IMG/VR virus record: IMGVR_UViG_3300029955_000001
Strand: one strand, 5' to 3'
From: a virus
Lineage: Duplodnaviria > Caudoviricetes
Length of the DNA: 64,000 bases
Part shown: positions 9,673 through 19,322 of the stretch, piece after piece
Layout of the letters: every line of letters starts with the position of its first letter
Position numbering within the stretch: position 1 is the first letter of the stretch
Translations under genes and position numbers: made by a program
Notes under the pieces: model-generated
Told to the model about the DNA's origin: nothing
What the model saw: the letters and a program-made list of their open reading frames with translations, nothing else
Database searches by the model: none

Positions 9673-11871
9673 ATGAATTTACAACCAGGTATGGTTAAAG
9701 ATAAAGATTGGATACGGCAATCTTTTTTAGTACAAGCTAAAGATTTAGATGCTGTCGATTATCAAAACAGAACATTTTCAAGCGCAAGTCTAAAATTTAC
9801 TGACACTACACCAGGTGGTAATTTCGCTATTAATCCACCTGCACAATTTACGCGTACAGCAGATCCAAAAGCTACTGCAATGTTTACTGATCCATCAGGC
9901 AGCACGTTCGAACGATACAGCATGGGATTTGCTGGAAGTAAAGGAATGGGTCGTTATTACAGTGAAGCGATTGACGATAACTCACAGTTGATACACATGC
10001 GTTTTGGTGTTCCTGATTTTAATTCGTTAACAACTTTTTTCACTGGCTTTTACAATACAGGAGCTAGTCAAATGGCTAGAACTGGTCGCGCGACTAGTAT
10101 AGCTTATACGTTAGGACAAGCAGCTGGTTTCATTGTTAGTATTTTAAGCTGGAAACTATTAGCTGTTCATTTAATAGGCGTAGCGGCTAGGTTCTTTTTA
10201 GCAAAGCCCAGTAGTAAATTTTATTATTTAAAACCAACCATGCCGTTGTATTGGAACGCAGTGCAAACGATGGTTAATCAAATTCTTGTTAATCGTGGTG
10301 TTATACCTCGCATTGGTGGTTCTGATCAATCGGCACTAGGTGGTGGTAATGGCTCTGGGGGCGGAAGCGATGCGTATCAATTCGATGCCGCTGCGATACA
10401 AACTTTAAATCAACAATTGCCGACAATATTCAAACTTGGTGGAGGCATTGACGTCTATTCATTGGCTGGTAGGGCACAACGTCTTGCACGCGCGCGCCAT
10501 AAAGAAATAGAACAAGCGCTTGACAATGGAACAGATTTACGTTTAGCCAATAACATGGGTGAGTTATCTACTTTTATTCAAGCTGCTGTGAAAAAAGAAT
10601 TAAAAATTGCTACTCCTATTTTTAAATCATATCTAGCTAGTTGGGCTGGCGGAACTGACGGGCACGGCGTTGTGCAAGCTGGTACTAATCAAGCTAGACC
10701 TGACCCGGCCAGTAGTGGTGCTGATTCAGAAAGTTTACCAGTAGCACCGTCTACTGCCGCACCAGATCCTACAAAAGCAGCCGATAACACGCAAAGTAAA
10801 CAAGCTGATGCAAATACTGCTGATGAAGGATTTATGAATTTCTTCATGAATGAACTAGATGACGGTAGTGCATTTGTTACATTCAGAGTAGATGCAACAG
10901 GTCATGTTGATAATAGCTATAGTAATCAAGTTGGAGAATCTGAATTATCGCAAAAAATAAACAGTATGTCTGCTTCGTCAAGATCTACTAGATTTAGTTT
11001 TGCTGGAGGTAACCTGGATGATGGTATTGTTGGTAAAGCAGTGGGTGAAATTGCGGGCGCTATAGGAGATTTTGCTTCGGGCGCAGCAGCTGGTTTAGGT
11101 ATCAGCGGTATAGCGGCTTTAGGAGGTTCTGCGTTTGTCGACATCCCAAAATACTGGCAACAGTCAGTAGCTTCTTTACCAAGAGCTTCTTACACGATTC
11201 AATTAAGAAGTCCTTACGGTAATCCTATATCACAAATGATTAACTTGTACATACCCCTGTGTATGCTGCTAGCTGGCGCTTTACCATTATCCACTGGTAA
11301 GCAATCTTACACTAGTCCGTTCTTATGTGAACTGTATGACAAAGGACGTTGTCAGGTTCGTCTTGGTATGATTGATTCTTTATCTATTACTCGCGGCACT
11401 GGTAATCTTGGTTTCAACACAGATGGTCATGCGATGGGTATTGATATTTCATTTTCAGTTGTAGACATGTCGTCTATAATGACAATGCCTATTTCACAAG
11501 GTTTTTCTATGACGTCATTAGCTTCTGGCGCTGTTAAATCAGCAACGGATGCAGCGGCTTCTGGTGTAACTAAAATATCAGGCGCAGGTGCTGGTATTAT
11601 CGAAGCTGGTGGTACTGCAATAGCATCTATAGGCGCTACATTCGACGATGATAACACATTCAGTGATTACATGGCTGTATTGGCTGGTATGAGTTTATCA
11701 GATCAAATTTATCAATTGAAGAAATTAAAACTTAATTTAACTCGTAACTTAGCTAACTGGAATAGTTGGAATAGCGCATCGCACTATGCTAGCTTTGCTG
11801 GTGATACGTTACCTGCTAGATTGATATCTGGTCTGTTCAAAGGCACCGCACGCGGTGGTGTTAGTAACTAA
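9673..11871 (+). CDS. Baseplate/tail structural protein (phiKZ gp182-like)
   Basis: 732 aa immediately after the gp181-like gene; motifs GGNFAINPPAQFTRTAD, GMGRYYSEAIDD, SYTSPFLCELYDKGR recalled from this family. Confidence 0.7.
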   Translation: MNLQPGMVKDKDWIRQSFLVQAKDLDAVDYQNRTFSSASLKFTDTTPGGNFAINPPAQFTRTADPKATAMFTDPSGSTFERYSMGFAGSKGMGRYYSEAIDDNSQLIHMRFGVPDFNSLTTFFTGFYNTGASQMARTGRATSIAYTLGQAAGFIVSILSWKLLAVHLIGVAARFFLAKPSSKFYYLKPTMPLYWNAVQTMVNQILVNRGVIPRIGGSDQSALGGGNGSGGGSDAYQFDAAAIQTLNQQLPTIFKLGGGIDVYSLAGRAQRLARARHKEIEQALDNGTDLRLANNMGELSTFIQAAVKKELKIATPIFKSYLASWAGGTDGHGVVQAGTNQARPDPASSGADSESLPVAPSTAAPDPTKAADNTQSKQADANTADEGFMNFFMNELDDGSAFVTFRVDATGHVDNSYSNQVGESELSQKINSMSASSRSTRFSFAGGNLDDGIVGKAVGEIAGAIGDFASGAAAGLGISGIAALGGSAFVDIPKYWQQSVASLPRASYTIQLRSPYGNPISQMINLYIPLCMLLAGALPLSTGKQSYTSPFLCELYDKGRCQVRLGMIDSLSITRGTGNLGFNTDGHAMGIDISFSVVDMSSIMTMPISQGFSMTSLASGAVKSATDAAASGVTKISGAGAGIIEAGGTAIASIGATFDDDNTFSDYMAVLAGMSLSDQIYQLKKLKLNLTRNLANWNSWNSASHYASFAGDTLPARLISGLFKGTARGGVSN

Positions 11872-11876
11872 GCGTC

Positions 11877-11914
11877 ATAGAGACCAGGATAAATCCTGGT
11901 CTCTATTTATGCCG
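11877..11914. terminator. Bidirectional hairpin between convergent genes, with TATGCCG flank
   Basis: ATAGAGACCAGGA-taaa-TCCTGGTCTCTAT, then TTATGCCG. Confidence 0.8.
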
Positions 11915-13436
11915 TTTGTGGAAGATTAGAAGAAGTTTGAGACGGTCCTGCGGGAGGAGGGCTTATGCTTCCTGTTGTCTTAATGTTGTTGTCATAAACG
12001 TCCGCGTACATTAGTTGTGGTCCAACGGATATATTTGTTCCAGCTAATACTACAGTTGCGCTTACCACAGTGGAACCATCACTAAAAGTGTAATAGACAA
12101 TAGTTTCTATATCACCATTCGATAATGTGCGAGGAGGTGGCGCAGACACATTAGCCGATGATAAAGGTTCTGTCATGCAAAGTGAACTAGTGATCATTGG
12201 TGTAGAAACATCAGGTGTTCCGTTATTTGTACTTGTTGTAGTTAATGGCACTGGCGGTGCTGTGACTAGTGTGCCGTTAACTACAGTAGTTGCACTGCCA
12301 TTATCCGATATACTTGTTGTAGTTGAAGTATACTGCATAATTGTCGGATCGGTAGAACCGCTAACATTAATATTACCAGACACGGGCGCTGTATTCGGGA
12401 ATTGATTACCTAGTAATGTGTTAACATCTGTGCTTGACGATGGGTAAGCTGCTCCTAATAATGCTAGTTGATCAGGCGTAGCTGCATCTACCGGCACTGT
12501 AAAATCTGTTGACGGTAAAGCTGGAGCAGAGGACATCGCTGAACAAGATAAACTATTTTGAAGATCAGGACTGCCATCTTGTAAAGCAGTAATGTCTCCA
12601 CCAACACCGTTAACAGGACTGTTGTATACGTTCCAATTAGGGTTTACAGCAGCATATGTTGATGTGATGTTTGCGCTATTTGATAACAAATCAGCTGTTG
12701 TAGCGTTAGGACCATTATTAAAATTTGAACTAATGTTATTTAGTACATTTGGATTCAACGACAACAATGTGCCGCCACCAACAGAATTAGCCATTGCTGT
12801 AATCGACTGCAAATCTGAACTCTGCACAGCATTTGGTAAAACATTACCTGCAATGTTTGTTAAAATACCTTTGTCACTAATTCCACATGTGAGAGCACTA
12901 AAAGAGTTTGGTATTCCAGAACCCATCGCAATTTTAAGATACCCTGATGTTACTTCAGCAATAGCCCCAGGGTCGTCAATTGAAAAAGAATCATGACAAG
13001 CATTTCCATTAATCATTGCACCAATAGCAGCTATATCACCAAATGCTGTACCGACTAAAGTTTTTGTTAAACCATTAACTGTAGCAGTTATGCCAGAGTT
13101 AGATGTTATTCCGTTAATTATAGAAGAAGCCGCGCTAGATGAAAGCTGGCTCAGTACTGATCCCATTTCCGGCATAGATGAAGCTACACGAGCTGTTAAT
13201 GTTGCTGCGCTTAATAATGCACTTGCAGCGCTTACAGCAGTAGCTGCTAATGAAGAAGCCGTGCTACTCATGCTTTTACCACCGCGTAAAGAATTAGCAA
13301 TGGTGGGATTTGTAGCTGCTGTAATAGCAGCTACATCGGTAATAGGTGTATTGTTATTTAGCGTGTATACGTCTGCTGTTGCAAGAGTATCTTTTGCGCC
13401 GCTAATAAAACTTGGCGTTGCTAAAGGATTTGACAT
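11907..13436 (-). CDS. Ser/Thr/Ala-rich probable virion structural protein
   Basis: Long ORF (track 515 aa; likely start MSNPL at 13436) with a low-complexity Pro/Thr-rich C-terminus. Confidence 0.6.
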   Translation of the reverse strand: MSNPLATPSFISGAKDTLATADVYTLNNNTPITDVAAITAATNPTIANSLRGGKSMSSTASSLAATAVSAASALLSAATLTARVASSMPEMGSVLSQLSSSAASSIINGITSNSGITATVNGLTKTLVGTAFGDIAAIGAMINGNACHDSFSIDDPGAIAEVTSGYLKIAMGSGIPNSFSALTCGISDKGILTNIAGNVLPNAVQSSDLQSITAMANSVGGGTLLSLNPNVLNNISSNFNNGPNATTADLLSNSANITSTYAAVNPNWNVYNSPVNGVGGDITALQDGSPDLQNSLSCSAMSSAPALPSTDFTVPVDAATPDQLALLGAAYPSSSTDVNTLLGNQFPNTAPVSGNINVSGSTDPTIMQYTSTTTSISDNGSATTVVNGTLVTAPPVPLTTTSTNNGTPDVSTPMITSSLCMTEPLSSANVSAPPPRTLSNGDIETIVYYTFSDGSTVVSATVVLAGTNISVGPQLMYADVYDNNIKTTGSISPPPAGPSQTSSNLPQTA

Positions 13437-13447
13437 ATTCAATTTCC

Positions 13448-13490
13448 TAAACAAAAAAAAATAGGATAGAGATATATCTCTATCCTATCA
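13448..13490 (-). terminator. Intrinsic terminator
   Basis: Palindrome ATAGGATAGAGATATATCTCTATCCTAT preceded on + by an A9 tract (U tract on -). Confidence 0.75.
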
Positions 13491-13492
13491 AT

Positions 13493-14008
13493 TTAAATTG
13501 CTATAATTAATTCTGGGTATTTTGAATAATCCACATCTTTCGGACGTTGATTTTCTTTAAACAAAATACGTAATTCTTCAAATTCTTCAATAACGCGATT
13601 ACGTTGTTTTGGCCGTATTACGATCTTGCCTGGACCCCAAAGATAATAATGTTCAAATGGAAGAGTTGATTCAATTAACAACTGCTTCATTTCTTCGTTC
13701 TGTTCGATCTTGTAATAATTCGCAGCTTTAATGCACGTTAAGAATTCTTTAAAAGTACCTCTAGTTAAATCCTTAGCATAGTTCTTTGCTTTTATACCAA
13801 CCAGACCGCGCAGCTTATCATCTTTTTCTTTTGTACCAATGTAGTGATAAAAACCTTCCATTGAATTGAATGATCCAAAATAGGGATGGATAAACGGCGA
13901 ATAGTAAAACTGAGATAGCATTTGTCCTAATTTTGTCTTACCAGTAATCCAGATATTACAAAACTCAACGCCATCTTTAGAATTGTTATCAGACTGTACA
14001 ATATTCAT
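13493..14008 (-). CDS. NADAR-like / T4 gp30.3-like protein
   Basis: MLSQFYYSPFIHPYFGSFNSMEGFYHY resembles the NADAR LSNF...PF...F-x-S-x-E motif. Confidence 0.45.
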   Translation of the reverse strand: MNIVQSDNNSKDGVEFCNIWITGKTKLGQMLSQFYYSPFIHPYFGSFNSMEGFYHYIGTKEKDDKLRGLVGIKAKNYAKDLTRGTFKEFLTCIKAANYYKIEQNEEMKQLLIESTLPFEHYYLWGPGKIVIRPKQRNRVIEEFEELRILFKENQRPKDVDYSKYPELIIAI

Positions 14009-14080
14009 TTTATCAAGCCTTATTACTATTTTATTTTTTTGTCCTAGTTTAATTAAACTAGAAAAGACGATTGTTTGTAG

Positions 14081-14554
14081 TTAATCCTCTGTTGTTTTAT
14101 CAGCTAAGATTTGAACATATGGAACAGCCTCATCTTTTTCCGGTTGTTCTAAGTTTTCTATAAACTCAGCAAAGCTTTCTCTGTTACCAAATTGTACTTC
14201 GGTAGAGTGTAATGTTGTCATACCATTACCGTGATAAGCTTTAATTACAAGATCAATTTTTATTATTTGTAGAAAACGTAATGCTTTACAAAAGACCTTC
14301 CATGTCATTTGCGGCTTGGCAAACTCTTTAGTGAGATTGCCTCGCATCGATGTTTGGTCTCTTTTATTATTAGGAATATTACGCTGTGTGTCTATGATGT
14401 AATCTTGTAAAAAACTACCAAATTTAGGAGGCATTATACCTAAGTCTAATAGCATTTTTCTAAATAAACGTGACAGCACGCCATTGGGACCACTAGTCTT
14501 TGTTATTTCTTTATCGTGAGCTAATAAGATTCTAGCCATTTTATTTCTAGCCAT
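14081..14554 (-). CDS. Hypothetical protein (phiKZ-like conserved type)
   Basis: 157 aa ORF in a minus-strand gene run. Confidence 0.7.
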   Translation of the reverse strand: MARNKMARILLAHDKEITKTSGPNGVLSRLFRKMLLDLGIMPPKFGSFLQDYIIDTQRNIPNNKRDQTSMRGNLTKEFAKPQMTWKVFCKALRFLQIIKIDLVIKAYHGNGMTTLHSTEVQFGNRESFAEFIENLEQPEKDEAVPYVQILADKTTED

Positions 14555-14609
14555 TTTTTTTATCCAGTCCGTTGGATTATTTTAAACAATAAATAATTCT
14601 TTATTGATA

Positions 14610-15170
14610 TTAAGAAACACTAACTTCAATTAACTTCTTTGTAATTTCACGTAGATTAATGAAAAGATTAGTAAGCATTCTAAGATTATACTCTGGGACG
14701 CCATATTGAGCGGTATCAGATTCCTCCATTATTTCACATAACTTAATACCAGCTTCTTTAAATATTTCTACAGCTTTTGGTACATCAACATAATAACCAT
14801 CACTAGTAATTAAAAAATGATCTAAGGTCATACTTCTTGATTCAGCTATACCCCATTCCCTAGGAATTTTTTTATCGTACTTAATGATAACAACAGCTTC
14901 TTTCAGTTTCTTAATATAGGTTTCAATATCAGGGTACAGTGGTTGTATGGTTATGCTTAAACCAACAGATACACTATAATTAGTTAATTTATTGCTATTT
15001 AATTCCTTTAGTAAAGTTTCACATAATTTTCTATTAGGAGCAAAAGGTGATTCTTTTATTATTTCCTTCTTAGGATTATTAAGACTAAATAATGATTTAA
15101 GATACTTAACTAGTTCACTAAACCACATAACATTTTCTAACCTCCAAACGTTATTCATCGTATACCTCAT
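14610..15170 (-). CDS. Hypothetical protein
   Basis: 186 aa ORF, co-oriented with its neighbours. Confidence 0.7.
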   Translation of the reverse strand: MRYTMNNVWRLENVMWFSELVKYLKSLFSLNNPKKEIIKESPFAPNRKLCETLLKELNSNKLTNYSVSVGLSITIQPLYPDIETYIKKLKEAVVIIKYDKKIPREWGIAESRSMTLDHFLITSDGYYVDVPKAVEIFKEAGIKLCEIMEESDTAQYGVPEYNLRMLTNLFINLREITKKLIEVSVS

Positions 15171-15247
15171 TATAATGATATGTTACTAAGATAATTTGCA
15201 ATAACACATAAGTATGATCACATACAACTTAATTAAAAGGATTTATC

Positions 15248-15673
15248 ATGTCACTCTCTAATAATGAAGTTATACTAGATAGCGAAGAAAGTGTACTGTC
15301 GTATACCCACGCTAAAAGACTCTTCATTGTGGAGAGTATGTTACATGAAGGTAAACTTCCAGAAGATCCTGCTGAGAAGAAAGTGCTTCTTAATGCGCTT
15401 GACGGCATGGATAAGATGGCAATTGGACGAATGCGTATTAAGATCGACGAGAAAGCCAATAAGAATATGGGGCAAGCTGCTGCTTTAGTAGCTCAGCTGT
15501 TATCATCTGGCAATATAGCGCATATGTATAATGTACCAAATGGCACAAATCGAGATGCACCGTTGTTAGGTAGTGATGTTCCAGCACCAGACATTGTCAA
15601 TGGTGAAACAGCTATTAATCCATTAGGTACGAATTACGAAGAATTTATGAATAAGATTAAAACGGAAGCATAG
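15248..15673 (+). CDS. Hypothetical protein
   Basis: 141 aa, AAGGA RBS upstream, followed by a hairpin. Confidence 0.75.
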   Translation: MSLSNNEVILDSEESVLSYTHAKRLFIVESMLHEGKLPEDPAEKKVLLNALDGMDKMAIGRMRIKIDEKANKNMGQAAALVAQLLSSGNIAHMYNVPNGTNRDAPLLGSDVPAPDIVNGETAINPLGTNYEEFMNKIKTEA

Positions 15674-15684
15674 AATTAGCTGAT

Positions 15685-15717
15685 ACGACTACGAGAAATG
15701 TTTCTTCTCGTAGTCGT
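15685..15717 (+). terminator. Hairpin after the 15248-15673 gene
   Basis: ACGACTACGAGAA-atgtttc-TTCTCGTAGTCGT. Confidence 0.6.
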
Positions 15718-15799
15718 TCGATCTCGGTAACGCATCGTCAGTTCCTATGTGACCTTTTCAACCATTGCATAGTTGATATTAGAACGTGGCTGCTTTATT

Positions 15800-15856
15800 C
15801 CCTATATCAGATTACCCTGTGTTACTAGGATAGTCTGATATGGGTAATATATGCCG
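15800..15856. terminator. Imperfect hairpin with TATGCCG flank
   Basis: CCCTATATCAGATTA...TAGTCTGATATGGG, then TATGCCG at 15850-15856, just past the stop at 15861. Confidence 0.55.
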
Positions 15857-15860
15857 TCTT

Positions 15861-16571
15861 CTAATTCGGTTTGAGGATACTGAAATGTGAAACGTCGATG
15901 AGAGTTAGACTTATAAGTGGCGAAGCCAGCACCTCTAACGCCTTGAAGGGGTGTGTAGTTTCTTTCATAGTCTTCTTCAACTCTGCATCAGTTGGTGTTT
16001 TAACGAAGTATATAGCTGGTACAAGCAAAGTTACAGTTGGAAGCTGTGTTGCCTTAAATGCTTCACCTTGCATGTTCATCCATTCTTCGTAATCGTATTT
16101 TATTATAATCGCATACGTTTTACAATGCACGGGTGTGAGATCTTTGGTAGGTATAGATACCAACTCCACAGGAGCTAAGCCATCTAACCATACAGAAATT
16201 ACTTTACCAAATTCTTCCATCTCCTCACCGGATAAAATATACGGATGAGTATTAACTACAATCTTTAAACCATCGTGATATGGTCGTGTGATTGCTTGTT
16301 CCGCCATAACACTCACTAGGTGTCGTAGTAAGCTTATCGCGTTTGTTACAACAGAATGTTTCAGTGTGGTAACATCGCGATTTTTATACAACTCTTTATA
16401 CAAGTCTAAATCAATTCCCTCAAAATCATCACTAAGACGTTTTTGATAGTTTTCATCGACCGATAATTTTTCAGCAATATTCTGATCCAAAATTGCGATA
16501 GTGCCAAGTCTTGTATCTAGCAGAACATCTAAGTCTACGTAGATAGTTTCTAGTTTCTTACTATTGGGCAT
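15861..16571 (-). CDS. Conserved phage protein, possible HAD-like fold
   Basis: 236 aa; N-terminal IYVDLDVLLDT resembles HAD motif I (hhhDxD). Confidence 0.55.
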   Translation of the reverse strand: MPNSKKLETIYVDLDVLLDTRLGTIAILDQNIAEKLSVDENYQKRLSDDFEGIDLDLYKELYKNRDVTTLKHSVVTNAISLLRHLVSVMAEQAITRPYHDGLKIVVNTHPYILSGEEMEEFGKVISVWLDGLAPVELVSIPTKDLTPVHCKTYAIIIKYDYEEWMNMQGEAFKATQLPTVTLLVPAIYFVKTPTDAELKKTMKETTHPFKALEVLASPLISLTLIDVSHFSILKPN

Positions 16572-16649
16572 TGTAAGTCACGTGATCAGATTGTTTAACA
16601 GTCCATAAAGCTTTTGCTTTGATAGACGCTCTTGGTATTTTTGTTTCTA

Positions 16650-17147
16650 TTATTTCGGTTTCTTTGGTAAAGCAGGTATATCGAAATTAACATATATCTG
16701 CAACATCAATAAACAAATGAGCCAACGATTGTTGTACAAAAGCATTGACCCCATTTCTTCTGTCATAAGGCGTTCAGATATTTGTCTTGGAATAACTGAA
16801 TTAGCTATATCTACATTATCACCTACGCGCAATACAGATACGCCTCTTGCTATATTTCCAGCAAGCCCTAATACCTGTTCATCGTTATTGCCCCAACGAG
16901 AAAAGAATACAGAAGACAATGTCAAAACAAAATCACGAACAATTTCATTCATGAAAACAAGTTCTACAATGTGAGGTAGCCCTTCCTCAGTAATCATCAT
17001 GTAAGGCTTTTCTTTCAAAACAATATGTGTTACAAATTCTTTTACAGATTTACTTGACTCTGTTAGATAGTTGCTCAGAACATGGTTAAGTGACTGCGTA
17101 AATACAGTAGCTGCTTCTTCCATGTCAGTAGTATTAAGATTAGCCAT
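16650..17147 (-). CDS. Hypothetical protein
   Basis: 165 aa ORF directly downstream of the RNAP beta-C gene. Confidence 0.7.
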   Translation of the reverse strand: MANLNTTDMEEAATVFTQSLNHVLSNYLTESSKSVKEFVTHIVLKEKPYMMITEEGLPHIVELVFMNEIVRDFVLTLSSVFFSRWGNNDEQVLGLAGNIARGVSVLRVGDNVDIANSVIPRQISERLMTEEMGSMLLYNNRWLICLLMLQIYVNFDIPALPKKPK

Positions 17148-17153
17148 AGTTAT

Positions 17154-17843
17154 TTAAATTGTGGTCGAAAGATGCATTGATGTTAGAAGAGTTTTTAATG
17201 TTTCCGTACTCCTAACCTTACTATCGGCATGTGACATATTTGCTAAACTTACCCCGCCTGTCTTTGATATAGAAGCATTCATTAAATCGAATCCTTTTAT
17301 ATCTCCGCCCCGATATTTCAACATTTCTACTAAGTTATTATCCAGATTCATTGCCGCCATAATCTGAGTTTCTGGATAAGATATCTTACTACCTTTAGAC
17401 TTACCTGTAGGTTGGCCAGTAAAGTCGTCAATTGATTTATTATCCTCAGGGATAGAAATCTTCTTGACCAATAACTGTGCTTGACGTTTCAAAGGTAAGT
17501 CTACAATCAAGTATTTAACAGGGGAAAGATACCTCGGAATATCTGTATCTCCAGACATCCAAATTCTTTCGAAAAAATTATGACCTAGTTCTTCAGCTAA
17601 ATCTAAATTATTATTAACAGTTAGTCGGCTTGATCCAAAGTTAGGAGAAATGATTGCTAATTTAATGGCCCCTTCATCTAGCTTTGTCATAAAGTCGTGG
17701 AACTGAGTATCGTCCATTGACGCAAAGAGATTGATATATGTCTGTTGATTCTCTGTAACTTTATTATTTTCTTCTGGCAGAATTTTACCAATCCATTCGA
17801 TAATAAAATCTTCAGCAGCTTTACGATTTGTTTTACCCGTCAT
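17154..17843 (-). CDS. Virion RNA polymerase beta C-terminal subunit (phiKZ gp149-like)
   Basis: SIDDFTGQPTGKSKGSKISYPETQIMAAMNLDNNLVEMLKYRGGD parallels the bacterial beta region I ([43 protein letters not shown]). Confidence 0.75.
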   Translation of the reverse strand: MTGKTNRKAAEDFIIEWIGKILPEENNKVTENQQTYINLFASMDDTQFHDFMTKLDEGAIKLAIISPNFGSSRLTVNNNLDLAEELGHNFFERIWMSGDTDIPRYLSPVKYLIVDLPLKRQAQLLVKKISIPEDNKSIDDFTGQPTGKSKGSKISYPETQIMAAMNLDNNLVEMLKYRGGDIKGFDLMNASISKTGGVSLANMSHADSKVRSTETLKTLLTSMHLSTTI

Positions 17844-17890
17844 GCTATTCTCCGTTAATGATCTCTATACAATCCATCAAACGGAATTAA

Positions 17891-18175
17891 TTAATCTGGA
17901 TTCTTCATTCGTTTAGGATAGTTTTTAGCGAAGTTTATAAAATCAACAACTCTACTCTTAACTATTGCAATAAATGTTTCTGATTGTAGACTATCAGCAT
18001 AATAGTTAATAGTCGCAGCAGCAAGCTTATCCTTAGCTCTAAATATAAACAATGGTTCGTCTACTGGTATTCCTATTCCTGTTCCTGCGTTTATTAAAAA
18101 CGCATCAGTAATTTGACCATCGGTATTAACATTAACCGTAATATCGTATTTAGGATCTTGTGTCTTGAAACGCAT
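17891..18175 (-). CDS. Small hypothetical protein
   Basis: 94 aa with DEPLFIFRAKDKLA, a motif seen in small phage proteins. Confidence 0.7.
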   Translation of the reverse strand: MRFKTQDPKYDITVNVNTDGQITDAFLINAGTGIGIPVDEPLFIFRAKDKLAAATINYYADSLQSETFIAIVKSRVVDFINFAKNYPKRMKNPD

Positions 18176-18177
18176 AT

Positions 18178-18600
18178 CTATTCCTCAACGTCTATTAAAA
18201 CAACAGTAACATGTTCTTCGCCATGCGCTTTATTGAAAATGTCAATCATGTTCCATGTACCTCTAGACTTAGAATCCCAAAACGTAATTAAGTCTGTAGC
18301 CACTTTATTCATTTTCATATTCCTAACATACCCAGCGCTCTTACCAATATCCCAGTCAGCTGGAAACTCAGCCCATGGTAGACGATGCTCTATACACCAT
18401 CTAATAATCATGTCGTCAGCCCCAGTCCTAGCCTTACCTGAAATAAAGATAATTGACTTATCACCAAACTTTTTTACGAATTCAAACATTCTTTTCGAGA
18501 AACGTTCGTAGTCGTTATAGTACCGGCTACCCGCAACAATCAATCGAATTTCAAAATCATTTATTGCGGAGTGAGGGGAAGGTTGTGGCGAATAATACAA
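18178..18600 (-). CDS. SLOG family (YspA/DUF2493-like) protein
   Basis: LIVAGSR...IISGKARTGAD...FPADW...SAGYVRN...ITFWDSKSRGT is the typical signature. Confidence 0.8.
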   Translation of the reverse strand: MYYSPQPSPHSAINDFEIRLIVAGSRYYNDYERFSKRMFEFVKKFGDKSIIFISGKARTGADDMIIRWCIEHRLPWAEFPADWDIGKSAGYVRNMKMNKVATDLITFWDSKSRGTWNMIDIFNKAHGEEHVTVVLIDVEE

Positions 18601-18911
18601 GGGACTACTCCTTGTTCGAATAATTCGACCCAGCGTTTAATCTCGCCAGTGTCAACTAATTGATAACGAATATCAAGCGTGTCTTCGATCTTATTAATAT
18701 CTAGCTCGCCAAGAATCTGATGCCAAGCACGATTGATAAGGAAACGCTGAATATCAAGTGTGCGTGGGTTAAACGCATCTGGGTTCAATCTAGATGTCCA
18801 AGCTTCTGGATTCGGATGATTGTGTTTAATAAGTATTTTTGTAACAACGTCCACCAGATCAGGAGGCGTAGCTTCAGAAGTGTTATTATTCTCTACATTA
18901 TTCGTTGTCAT
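18561..18911 (-). CDS. Hypothetical protein
   Basis: 116 aa ORF. Confidence 0.65.
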   Translation of the reverse strand: MTTNNVENNNTSEATPPDLVDVVTKILIKHNHPNPEAWTSRLNPDAFNPRTLDIQRFLINRAWHQILGELDINKIEDTLDIRYQLVDTGEIKRWVELFEQGVVPCIIRHNLPLTPQ

Positions 18912-18944
18912 GGTATTTTTTTCCTAGAACTTATATTAGGACTA

Positions 18945-19316
18945 CTAATCATTGTTAAAACATTTATTTTTTGGAAGAGCTAATGCAGCTGGATGCATTG
19001 GTAAAGCATGTATTTCGTTTTGGTGTTTCATATACCGTTTAATCTTAGGAAGCTTTACTTGCCTAGCTTCTTCAATTGCAGTCGCATCTAAATCACCAGC
19101 GTCCACCATGATCTGTAGAGCCGCTAGAAAGTCACCGATCTCTCTTTCTAGATCAGATTTATTATCCCATCTAAGATTTTCAAAACTAGGTTGTAGACCG
19201 TGTATAGCTATCTTGCCAATCTTTTGTTGAAGCTGTCCTAGTTCTTGCTGAATCTCACCAGTCTCTTCAGACATCTTACCAAAACGTTCTAGTTGCCCAG
19301 GCGTCATGTTATTCAT
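18945..19316 (-). CDS. MazG-like nucleotide pyrophosphohydrolase
   Basis: KMSEETGEIQQ...LEREIGDFLAAL, the EExxE...EIGD all-alpha NTP-PPase motif. Confidence 0.75.
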   Translation of the reverse strand: MNNMTPGQLERFGKMSEETGEIQQELGQLQQKIGKIAIHGLQPSFENLRWDNKSDLEREIGDFLAALQIMVDAGDLDATAIEEARQVKLPKIKRYMKHQNEIHALPMHPAALALPKNKCFNND

Positions 19317-19322
19317 AATAGG

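Noticed and set aside
1693-13464. Many 60-180 aa ORFs antisense or out of frame to the large Ala/Gly/Ser-rich genes (e.g. 1693-2241, 5980-6360, 12592-12996, 13090-13464)
   Set aside because: They are shadows of biased codon usage, fully nested in well-supported genes, with no RBS or motifs. The same applies to similar nested ORFs across the window.
15844-15851. phiKZ early-promoter consensus TATATTAC (minus strand)
   Set aside because: A single hit at a terminator base pointing into a convergent gap; no consistent set upstream of accessory genes.
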